A DNA stretch of 25,944 nt, taken from IMG/VR virus record IMGVR_UViG_3300025103_000138, positions 1 to 25,944 of that record; one strand, written 5' to 3'. Within the stretch, counting starts at the first letter, position 1, and the number at the start of each line of letters is the position of its first letter. The position numbers and the translations under genes were made by a program. The notes beneath the pieces were generated by a model that searched no databases, was not told where the DNA came from, and saw only the letters and a program-made list of their open reading frames with translations. Below, one piece after another: positions 18,424 to 25,854 of this stretch. The DNA is from a virus. Its lineage: Duplodnaviria > Caudoviricetes.

Positions 18424-18458
18424 GATTAATCTCCTTTTCAATTTAGGTATATATCGTA

Positions 18459-19298
18459 TCACATATTTTGCGTGGTGTCAATAGAAATCTTTCTAACTTT
18501 CGATACTGGTATGCTATAAAATAACTCTCCTCTTGGTACAAACTTATTTGAAACCTCTACAACTTCTGCTTCAGAAACAACTTGTCCTGGTATTTTCCAA
18601 GCTTCCTTACACATGCTGTTCAATATGAAGAAGGTTATCTTGTCCTCTCCTGTGTCTTCTAACAATTTCTTTTTCCTATATGGTATACGCACATCACGCC
18701 AAGAGGGCGGCCATTCTTTTTTCCAAGAGTATTTTATTTCCACCTCCCATCCTTGTCCATCCCTACCCTCGATGTCGCAAGAATACTTTTCTCTGTCATC
18801 TAATAGGGAGTATCCTTCACTCTCTAAGTAAGCACGTATGATGCCTTTAGCTTTATGATCTGCCTTGTCATATAGCTCTTGACTAAACTTCTTTCGCCCG
18901 ATTGTAGTTGTTCTCATAATATCTGTATCCCTTATAACCCATCCTTGTTCTGGTACGTATAACTCTCCGTAATTCCTTGCTTTAGCTTGATTGCAATTAC
19001 TACAGAGTGTCTGGAACCTTTCTGGATTTGCTTTTATTATATTATATATATTTGCAGCACCTCCTTTAGGGTCTTTGTATCCATCATTAAAAACATGATC
19101 TACTTCTAAATAGATTTCATCTGTCTCTCCGCAACAAACACATCGTCTTCCAAGGATATCAAAAACTTTTCTTCTTCTAGCTTTCTTAGACTTCTTATTT
19201 TTTAATCTCTCTTTTTCCCTCCCTTCTTCAGTACTCATACGTTTATGATAGCTTCTTCGCTGCCTAAATAGTTGTAGTTCTCTATCTTTAGTCGGCAT
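18459..19298 (-). CDS. HNH endonuclease domain fused to a PD-(D/E)XK-like domain
   Basis: N-half: CVCC...LEVDHV...LCSNCN (zinc-binding HNH). C-half from M128: YSCDI...EVEIK (PD-(D/E)XK-like). Strong GGAGG SD. Confidence 0.7.
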   Translation of the reverse strand: MPTKDRELQLFRQRRSYHKRMSTEEGREKERLKNKKSKKARRRKVFDILGRRCVCCGETDEIYLEVDHVFNDGYKDPKGGAANIYNIIKANPERFQTLCSNCNQAKARNYGELYVPEQGWVIRDTDIMRTTTIGRKKFSQELYDKADHKAKGIIRAYLESEGYSLLDDREKYSCDIEGRDGQGWEVEIKYSWKKEWPPSWRDVRIPYRKKKLLEDTGEDKITFFILNSMCKEAWKIPGQVVSEAEVVEVSNKFVPRGELFYSIPVSKVRKISIDTTQNM

Positions 19299-19310
19299 GT
19301 TGAACCCTCC

Positions 19311-21047
19311 TTAATGTGTTTCTGCCCAAGTCCTACCAATCTTAGCGTCAGCATTCAAAGGAAGTGTCATGTTATAATACTCTCCTACTTTTTGTATTGT
19401 ATAGTCTGCTATGAAACATAACTCTTCAGCATCCTTATTGCTACATTCATACTGTTGTTCATCATGGATTGTATTAACCAAGCTTGCATCCAGACGCCGG
19501 TTAGTAATCTCCTCATCGATGAACACTGCCCACTGCTTACACACTATGGCTCCTGCTCCCTGCAAGAGGGTGTTAAGGGCAGCATGACGGTGCCTGACGT
19601 AAAGCCTACGACCATCTAGTCCTTTGATATGCCCCTTCCCTGCCGACCTATTTACTGCTTTGATCAAGGCATTCAGTTTAGGTACATTTTTTAGAAACTT
19701 TTCTTTCAGTGCCTCCCCTTCTGAACTGCTACCATTAATAATAGAACCTATCTTTGCCGCACCGGCCCCATAAAGAAAGGCATAGATGAATGTCTTGGCT
19801 GAAGATCGAGTGGGTAATCCTGCCGCCTTCTGGTTTAAGGTATGAGGATCACCATTGATAACAGCATCAGTAAAATCTTTATCATTCATATAGTGAGCAA
19901 GCATACGTAGCTCTAACCCTTTAGCATCCATACCTACCAAAACTTTGTCTTCGCCAGGTATAGTCCAGCATTCCCTACACTCTACACCAAAGGGCTTACT
20001 GTTAGACACGATGTTAGCCATGTTAGGATTGGCATGTGTCATGCGAGAGGTAACCGCACCCATCGTTATGACTTTGCCATGCACTCTATCATTATCATCT
20101 ACCTCATCCAGCCAAGCTTCGACAGTCTTGTATCGAGTTTGTAGCATCTTCCATTCTGCTAACCTCTGGATAGCCTTGGGTGCAGCGGTAGACACGCTAG
20201 CTAGATTTGTTTCCGTTATCCTTGGCGATCCCTTTGGTGTGTAATCAATCGGCTTCCAACCATACTCTTCCATATGTTCGATGATCTGTTTAGGACTAGC
20301 CAGATTGAAAGGCTCAAAGGATACCAGATTAAAATCTCCACCCACTACCTCTTTCCAATTATTAATTTGTTTCAAACCAACAGAAGATATGTCGCCATCC
20401 TTCTTTGTTTTAACAGTAACCTTTCTCTCTTGCTTAATGCTATAAGGAATTTCCTTGAGGATATCTCTCTCGATTGCATCTGCTTTTTGCTTAACCTCAC
20501 TCAATAAGAAGTGTGCCTTCCTGATATCTAGAAGGAACCCTTTGTCTTGTTGCTTATTAATTATCCTTCTTATCTTATGCTCAAGAAGAACACTCCTATC
20601 ACTAAACTTCTTTCGGTCTATAAGTTTTATAAGATGCTTATACAATTCTCCCGTGATGTTAACATCCTGTATGCAATACTTCAGCATCTCTGGAGAAAAA
20701 GTTTTGAAGTCTTCAAACTCTATCTTAGGACAATCAAATCTTTTTCCCCAATCTTTTAAACTGTGGCCGCCCTTGATGTTAGCCTTGACTAAATAAGAAA
20801 CAACAAGCGTATCAAAAACCTTATCCTCTTTTATCTCCATGTTCCACAGTCTGTTCAACACAGGTACATCAAAGGATAAGGCATTGTGACCAACGATAAC
20901 ATCGAACCTCTTTAGATACTGTTTTAGATTATCCTTTTTTTCTTTCATAAAAGATAAGATAATACCAGTATCTAAATCTTTCGTGACGCAAGTATGTATC
21001 TCACTTGGATGCAGACTATCCGTTTCTATATCTAGTATCAGAACCAT
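19311..21047 (-). CDS. Family A DNA polymerase (T7 gp5-like) with 3'-5' exonuclease
   Basis: ExoI DIETD, ExoII HNALSFD, ExoIII YCIQD; motif A DAKGLELR, motif B RSSAKTFIYAFLYG, motif C IHDE. Start reassigned to MVLILD. Confidence 0.97.
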   Translation of the reverse strand: MVLILDIETDSLHPSEIHTCVTKDLDTGIILSFMKEKKDNLKQYLKRFDVIVGHNALSFDVPVLNRLWNMEIKEDKVFDTLVVSYLVKANIKGGHSLKDWGKRFDCPKIEFEDFKTFSPEMLKYCIQDVNITGELYKHLIKLIDRKKFSDRSVLLEHKIRRIINKQQDKGFLLDIRKAHFLLSEVKQKADAIERDILKEIPYSIKQERKVTVKTKKDGDISSVGLKQINNWKEVVGGDFNLVSFEPFNLASPKQIIEHMEEYGWKPIDYTPKGSPRITETNLASVSTAAPKAIQRLAEWKMLQTRYKTVEAWLDEVDDNDRVHGKVITMGAVTSRMTHANPNMANIVSNSKPFGVECRECWTIPGEDKVLVGMDAKGLELRMLAHYMNDKDFTDAVINGDPHTLNQKAAGLPTRSSAKTFIYAFLYGAGAAKIGSIINGSSSEGEALKEKFLKNVPKLNALIKAVNRSAGKGHIKGLDGRRLYVRHRHAALNTLLQGAGAIVCKQWAVFIDEEITNRRLDASLVNTIHDEQQYECSNKDAEELCFIADYTIQKVGEYYNMTLPLNADAKIGRTWAETH

Positions 21048-21204
21048 CTTGTTTACCTTCCAGAATAGTACTGGCCTGTCTCTTTGAATAACCAAAGGAC
21101 ATGAGAGAAGAATGTGCTTCTTCGTATTTGATTTTGTTAAGGGAATAAAGAGTTATGACCTTCTCAATTTTCTCTATGTTATCCGCTAAAAGTTTTAATG
21201 TCAT
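21016..21204 (-). CDS. Small hypothetical protein (62 aa)
   Basis: ATGA-coupled to the upstream gene and overlaps the polymerase start. Confidence 0.6.
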   Translation of the reverse strand: MTLKLLADNIEKIEKVITLYSLNKIKYEEAHSSLMSFGYSKRQASTILEGKQDGSDTRYRNG

Positions 21205-21677
21205 CTTTCCCCTCTATCGAGGGCAAACATTTCTCTTGTATATACACACCCCAAATCAGGATAGTATGTGCCTACATTCCTCTTGACCAATCCATCTTCA
21301 TCATAGGCCAAGGCAATGCTCACATGCCTAACCTTTTCTTCTTGATACTCTCCATAAAAATCATCAACCCAGTCTCCTGTACGTAAGTATCTCTGTAGAT
21401 TTTTAATGTAAGCTTCATGGCTTGCAAGGTTCTCGATTGCACCCTTAACTTTCTGCCTAATCCCTTTCCGTTCTGACGCCGCCAAAGCTTTCTGTGTTAC
21501 TATCCACTGCTTAACTTTCTTAGGGTTGAAGGCACTCTCATCAGAGGGGGTAAGGCTTGGAGAGGCTACCTTTTTTGGTCGAAGGTATTCTAGTCTAGAT
21601 ATATCAGAACCACATATAAAGGGTGTTATATACTCTATCGCCGCTGGTTGCTTTTTAGTCGTAGATTTTCTAGGCAT
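21201..21677 (-). CDS. Conserved hypothetical phage protein
   Basis: Start at MPRKS (GAGGA SD). KVKQWI...YIKNLQRYLRTGDWVDDFYG looks like a conserved globular domain. Confidence 0.7.
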   Translation of the reverse strand: MPRKSTTKKQPAAIEYITPFICGSDISRLEYLRPKKVASPSLTPSDESAFNPKKVKQWIVTQKALAASERKGIRQKVKGAIENLASHEAYIKNLQRYLRTGDWVDDFYGEYQEEKVRHVSIALAYDEDGLVKRNVGTYYPDLGCVYTREMFALDRGER

Positions 21678-21679
21678 AT

Positions 21680-21859
21680 TCAATCCTCATCAATATTTTC
21701 CAAGGCATCGATAACGTCTTCCGCATCGAAGCCCATATAAACCATGTTGGTTACGAACTGTTCCAGTGTATCACGCCCATACTCAAACATCAAGATAAAT
21801 CTGTCTACCTTGGCTTCCCAGAACTCCCGTTGCATCTCTTGAACATCAGACATGATCAT
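21680..21859 (-). CDS. Small acidic hypothetical protein (59 aa), absent from the ORF track
   Basis: Manual translation MIMSDVQEMQREFWEAKVDRFILMFEYGRDTLEQFVTNMVYMGFDAEDVIDALENIDED. ATGA overlap with the upstream stop; fills the gap exactly. Confidence 0.7.
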   Translation of the reverse strand: MIMSDVQEMQREFWEAKVDRFILMFEYGRDTLEQFVTNMVYMGFDAEDVIDALENIDED

Positions 21860-22248
21860 GCCAAGTCATTAAGAACGCTCTCTTCTTCCTTGATTTTTTT
21901 CTTTTTGTTATACTTATACTCATTTAATCCTGCCTTTGTATTAACATATCTTTCCATAAAATCTTCAAGGTTCTTATACCAATACCATTTACCTTTACCA
22001 TCTACTCTCCATTTCGTTTGTCTATAACTAACAACATACTTATTATTTACATAGATACCTCCTGGTCCTCTTGATACGTCTGCCCCTAATTCTAATAGCT
22101 GCTTAATTCTACTAAGCCGTTCTAATTCTCTGCTATATACACTATCAGGGTTCTCACTATCGTAATGATCTTTATCCCATTGCACCATTAAGATAGTTTC
22201 TTCTTCTATTCCTTTGTTAACCTCTTCAAGAGTTTGCTTTATCCTCAT
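21856..22248 (-). CDS. Hypothetical protein
   Basis: 130 aa, ATGA-coupled, with aromatic motif WRVDGKGKWYWYK. Confidence 0.7.
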   Translation of the reverse strand: MRIKQTLEEVNKGIEEETILMVQWDKDHYDSENPDSVYSRELERLSRIKQLLELGADVSRGPGGIYVNNKYVVSYRQTKWRVDGKGKWYWYKNLEDFMERYVNTKAGLNEYKYNKKKKIKEEESVLNDLA

Positions 22249-22493
22249 AGTATATTATCCTCTTTGTTTCCTTGTGTTTCCTTTCTACGAAATCTGTATG
22301 GAGAATAATCAATCCATCTAGTTTCACTAGCCTCAATTACATCTTCAGATAAAGTTTTCATTTTGTTTATGATGTCATGTAAAATATGTATCCTTTCATG
22401 CGCCCATTTCAGTTCCAGTTGCATATCTCCTACCTGCTTTTCATAGATTTCTTTTGTTGACTGGATACCAAGAGTATCATGTGTGTTAGTCAT
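22245..22493 (-). CDS. Hypothetical coiled-coil protein
   Basis: 82 aa, with GGAGG/AGGA upstream. Confidence 0.65.
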   Translation of the reverse strand: MTNTHDTLGIQSTKEIYEKQVGDMQLELKWAHERIHILHDIINKMKTLSEDVIEASETRWIDYSPYRFRRKETQGNKEDNIL

Positions 22494-22525
22494 TCCTATT
22501 TACCTCCATTGTTATAAGATGTTCT

Positions 22526-22690
22526 TCATTGCCCATCTTTGACCTCCGTTATCACCCAGAAATACGCATCACAATACTCTTTCTTTTTGATACGCCCATA
22601 GTTAGGCACCAGTTCTGGGATGAGTTTCTTTTCCCAGACTAGTACCTTACCATCATACTGCCGCACCGTTTCTTCTCTAACAATTTTCAT
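22526..22690 (-). CDS. Small hypothetical protein (54 aa), absent from the ORF track
   Basis: MKIVREETVRQYDGKVLVWEKKLIPELVPNYGRIKKKEYCDAYFWVITEVKDGQ; ATGA-coupled to the upstream ORF. Confidence 0.6.
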   Translation of the reverse strand: MKIVREETVRQYDGKVLVWEKKLIPELVPNYGRIKKKEYCDAYFWVITEVKDGQ

Positions 22691-22866
22691 GGTGTTGAAC
22701 TTTCTCCCTTGTTCAAATGATAATCTTCCAGACCTTCTTCGATACTCTCTTCTTCACTTTCGTATTTTTGTTTAGATTGTTTAACCCGTTGATGGTACTT
22801 AGGTGTGTGCAAATCCTTCACCACCTTATTAAACTTCCACTGTTTCTTTTTGGAAATCTCTTTCAT
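22687..22866 (-). CDS. Small hypothetical protein (59 aa), absent from the ORF track
   Basis: MKEISKKKQWKFNKVVKDLHTPKYHQRVKQSKQKYESEEESIEEGLEDYHLNKGESSTP; ATGA overlaps at both ends. Basic NxVxKDLxTPKY motif followed by an acidic tail. Confidence 0.65.
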   Translation of the reverse strand: MKEISKKKQWKFNKVVKDLHTPKYHQRVKQSKQKYESEEESIEEGLEDYHLNKGESSTP

Positions 22867-23195
22867 CGAATAGCCCCTATCGCACGGGCGGCGGCGGCAT
22901 ACTGCGTGAGAGATTTATCTGGCTGGAAGTTTATCTCTCTTTCAATCTTCAAACCAAGAGGGCCGGTAATGCTGGAAAGTTCAGACAGAGATACATAACC
23001 TAGCTCTGGACTGCCGTGCCCAAGGTCGGCCAGGCCAAACAGGCTATCCTCATTGTCCTGTTCCATCTCACTGATCAGCCATGTTGCTCCACCCCAAGGG
23101 CAGAATAACTTCAATGGTGGTTTCAAAACATCCTTGTTGGTGTTGTTAAAGTTATCTAGCAATTCTTCCCTGATCTTTTTCGTAATCAGCTTCAT
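22863..23195 (-). CDS. DUF2958 family protein
   Basis: KLFCPWGGATWLISE...LFGLADLGHGSPELGYVSLSEL...GPLGLKIERE is the DUF2958 signature. Confidence 0.85.
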   Translation of the reverse strand: MKLITKKIREELLDNFNNTNKDVLKPPLKLFCPWGGATWLISEMEQDNEDSLFGLADLGHGSPELGYVSLSELSSITGPLGLKIEREINFQPDKSLTQYAAAARAIGAIR

Positions 23196-23214
23196 CTTTA
23201 TCCCTTTCTATTAC

Positions 23215-23250
23215 TGTCTGTGGAAGGTTTATACACACCCCCCACAGACA
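23215..23250 (-). other. Intergenic stem-loop (RNA processing site or terminator)
   Basis: TGTCTGTGG (23215-23223) pairs perfectly with CCACAGACA (23242-23250). The stem extends by G-U/G-C pairs on the minus-strand RNA. No U-tract. Confidence 0.55.
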
Positions 23251-23263
23251 CTAAACAGTTTAG

Positions 23264-23536
23264 TTATTTACGCACACTATGAGTAACGTGATCGAGGGTT
23301 CCAACCTTAGAGGTGATACGATACAGGTTCCAAAAGGGGTTCCCGTAATACTCCGCTGTATGACCATTACGAACCTTGGTAAAAAGCTTAGTGTTCTCTA
23401 CACCAAAGCCCTGCCACTTGGTAGTGACACGATAAATAGAAGGTTTAATCCCCCTATCACTAAAGTCTTTTAGGAGAGCCTGAATTTTATCTTGCTCAGT
23501 CTCAGGTGCGAAAAACTTCTTGATCTTGTTTAGCAT
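23264..23536 (-). CDS. Hypothetical early protein
   Basis: Start reassigned to MLNKIK (GGAGA SD). First gene after the promoter at 23646-23674. Confidence 0.65.
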   Translation of the reverse strand: MLNKIKKFFAPETEQDKIQALLKDFSDRGIKPSIYRVTTKWQGFGVENTKLFTKVRNGHTAEYYGNPFWNLYRITSKVGTLDHVTHSVRK

Positions 23537-23645
23537 TTTGATTTCTCCAATCAAATCGAGGTTGAACTTAAAGGGTACTTATAGTAAACTTATATTGTTT
23601 TTAAATTACACTTATCCTTTCCTTCTTAACCTTAAGTAGACCTAT

Positions 23646-23685
23646 AGTCTACCTTATTCTCACCACCTTGTCCACTGTTTTTTTC
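23646..23685 (-). promoter_or_regulatory. Sigma70-type promoter
   Basis: Minus strand: TGGACA (23674-23669), 17 bp, TAGACT (23651-23646), with an A7 tract upstream (UP-element-like). Confidence 0.6.
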
Positions 23686-23739
23686 GTATGCTCACATTTA
23701 AAATTTATGTGTTGCATAAATGTACCAGGTGTATGGGTA

Positions 23740-23934
23740 TCAGTCCAGCTTTGTTGACCAATAATCCTCATAGTTTGTATATCCTTGATCTTTTGTATCA
23801 TCATGCACTTGCCGCTCGAAAGATGATAGCCTTCTCCCTACCACCTTGCGCCAAAAATGTTTGGTGGTGTTAGAACGTGATGACCAAGGTGACCAAGGGG
23901 GTTCTTTTTCTTTTTCAACTTTAGATTGTACCAT
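23740..23934 (-). CDS. Hypothetical early protein (64 aa)
   Basis: GGAGA SD; same orientation as its neighbours. Confidence 0.55.
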   Translation of the reverse strand: MVQSKVEKEKEPPWSPWSSRSNTTKHFWRKVVGRRLSSFERQVHDDTKDQGYTNYEDYWSTKLD

Positions 23935-23961
23935 TATTTTTCTCCGAAAACCTAGTGGTTT

Positions 23962-24108
23962 CTAATCATCATCATCGAACATCATCTCCATTCCAAGTAT
24001 CTTGATATTGTAGAATGCCAGCATCTCCTTACTTGCATCCTCCATGTCTTGTTCGATGCGCTCGTGATCAAACATACTCAAGTCTCTGAAAGGTAGGGGT
24101 TCGTTCAT
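23962..24108 (-). CDS. Small acidic hypothetical protein (48 aa)
   Basis: Start reassigned to MNEPLPF (AAGGA SD). Ends FDDDD. Confidence 0.55.
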   Translation of the reverse strand: MNEPLPFRDLSMFDHERIEQDMEDASKEMLAFYNIKILGMEMMFDDDD

Positions 24109-24109
24109 G

Positions 24110-24277
24110 TTAGTTATCCTTCTCATATTGGTTAGCACAACGCTCACCCATCACTTTTAAAACCGCCTTGTGCAAGATGGAATTTTTGTTAGGTCTGCGT
24201 TTCAGCAGTTGAGTTAATTCCTCATCGGAATAGTGTGGTAAGATTTCCTTAACGATAAGATCAATCGCTTTCATCAT
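24110..24277 (-). CDS. Small hypothetical protein
   Basis: Start at MMKAIDL with GGAGG SD and ATGA overlap with the upstream stop. Confidence 0.55.
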   Translation of the reverse strand: MMKAIDLIVKEILPHYSDEELTQLLKRRPNKNSILHKAVLKVMGERCANQYEKDN

Positions 24278-24543
24278 GATATATCCCTCCATTTTTGAAT
24301 GTATTCTTCCATATTATTTTTATCACGGTTACGCTCAATGTATACACGTAGATTCTTGGACAGACTAATCGGCTGACCGTTAGACCATCGTCTCCAATTA
24401 GGCTTCTCACTGTCAATCAAATGCTGACCTTTCACCCGTATGTTGTAGGTGTCCTTGTTCAGATACTTTCGCATCAGTCGGACAAGTTCCTTGCCTTCCT
24501 CGTTGTTAGGAATTTCAGAGAATACGTAGTTGAATTTTTTCAT
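24274..24543 (-). CDS. Hypothetical early protein
   Basis: Start reassigned to MKKFNYV (GAGGA SD); 89 aa. Confidence 0.65.
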   Translation of the reverse strand: MKKFNYVFSEIPNNEEGKELVRLMRKYLNKDTYNIRVKGQHLIDSEKPNWRRWSNGQPISLSKNLRVYIERNRDKNNMEEYIQKWRDIS

Positions 24544-24556
24544 GTCATGTTCCTCT

Positions 24557-25489
24557 CTAGTTTTTAATGCCACTGAGAATGCTAGCAATCACATCAACGG
24601 TGAAGCCATTGCCAAGCATCTTGTAGCGTTGCGTGTTGGAGATTTTCTTACCGTCTGAACCCATTGAGGTGTAGCCTTCAGGCACAGTCTGCAATCGTTC
24701 GCATTCGGTCACTGTGAGCTTGCGCCAAGCCATAGGCTCAACCAAGATTTTAGGTTCACGGTGTCCACCACCCATCGTTGTCAAGGCAGGAGCCTTACCT
24801 GCTGAATGATAGACACGCTTGTTCATGTCAAAAGTTTTGATGTCAGCATCGCCAACATGGCATAGGCCATCATCAGAGAATACCAATTGCCGACGGTGCT
24901 TTTCAAAATACCATTTCAAATTTCCACCACGGAAATAGTTGGCATCTAAGCAATAGGATTTTTCTCTGTCAGTGAAGCCATCTTCAAGGATATCTTTGAG
25001 GAGGATGCCTTCATCAAGTGGCATTTCAAAAGGTATGTTTGTCCAATAGAGACGTTGCCTATTTTGGGCAGACACCAATGAACTGTTGATGAAGATAGGT
25101 TCCACACCAAGCTCCTTGGTGATCACATCCATGCTTTCCTGCTTCATCTTCACATTTTCCAACAGGAAATATTTAGGCTTAAGCTCTTTGAGAAGCCTCA
25201 CATATTCGAAGAATAATTTGGAGCGTGGATCATCAAAGTTTAGTTGCTTCCCTGCAAAGCTAAAGCCTTGGCAAGGTGAGCCACCTATCAGCAGGTCAAT
25301 CTGTGGCAGGTCTGAACCTTTCACATCAACCACGGATCCAAGGTGGATTGTGTTAGGAAAATTATGCTTGGTTACCTTGACCGCATACTTGTCAATTTCA
25401 GAGGCGTAATAGTTGTCCACCTTTACACCTGATTTTTGCAATGCCAATTGTGCGCCTGACATACCGTCAAATAGTGATAGTACATTCAT
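24557..25489 (-). CDS. C5 DNA cytosine methyltransferase (orphan)
   Basis: Motif I LSLFDGMSG, motif IV GGSPCQGFS, motif VI LLENV, motif VIII QNRQRLYW, motif IX ECERLQ, motif X YKMLGNG. Confidence 0.95.
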   Translation of the reverse strand: MNVLSLFDGMSGAQLALQKSGVKVDNYYASEIDKYAVKVTKHNFPNTIHLGSVVDVKGSDLPQIDLLIGGSPCQGFSFAGKQLNFDDPRSKLFFEYVRLLKELKPKYFLLENVKMKQESMDVITKELGVEPIFINSSLVSAQNRQRLYWTNIPFEMPLDEGILLKDILEDGFTDREKSYCLDANYFRGGNLKWYFEKHRRQLVFSDDGLCHVGDADIKTFDMNKRVYHSAGKAPALTTMGGGHREPKILVEPMAWRKLTVTECERLQTVPEGYTSMGSDGKKISNTQRYKMLGNGFTVDVIASILSGIKN

Positions 25490-25501
25490 GATTAATTCCT
25501 T

Positions 25502-25714
25502 TTATTCACAGTTAGTCCAATAGGAAGCATGAACAATCCATTGCTTGTGACCATTGTGGTTTGGTCCGAAACGCAATGTGTTCTTTTGTATGTACCCATT
25601 GTAATAGCGAGTTGGGAACACCTTACATTCTTCCATCATTTCTTCGTAAGTGTCAGCGAACAGCGTCACCTTGACGATGCCCGCTGTATTTCTGTCTTCT
25701 GATATTGAGATCAT
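25502..25714 (-). CDS. Hypothetical protein, first gene of the early arm (70 aa)
   Basis: Start reassigned to ATG of MISISEDR (GGAGA SD). The longer TTG-start version would overlap the promoter. Confidence 0.6.
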   Translation of the reverse strand: MISISEDRNTAGIVKVTLFADTYEEMMEECKVFPTRYYNGYIQKNTLRFGPNHNGHKQWIVHASYWTNCE

Positions 25715-25743
25715 TTTGTTGTCTCCATGTCTACGATAGATGG

Positions 25744-25785
25744 ATCGTTGCACATTCTGTCGCACATTGTCAACCTTATTTATTG
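25744..25785 (-). promoter_or_regulatory. Putative early sigma70 promoter
   Basis: Perfect TTGACA (25773-25768), 18 bp, TGc-AACGAT (25749-25744), with AT-rich sequence upstream. The -10 match is imperfect. Confidence 0.45.
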
Positions 25786-25854
25786 TGCCAAAAATCAAAA
25801 TTGATTCATTAGAAAAATCTAATAAGCCAGGGCGGCGGTCATCAAAAGTCAATA

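Noticed and set aside
10600-25409. Plus-strand ORFs inside the - arm, and the alternate-frame minus ORFs 11199-11483, 12639-12836 and 13319-13537
   Set aside because: They overlap well-supported genes and have no independent evidence.
25715-25852. TTG-started 46-aa N-terminal extension of the last ORF
   Set aside because: It has no SD and overlaps the predicted promoter. The internal ATG at 25714 has GGAGA.
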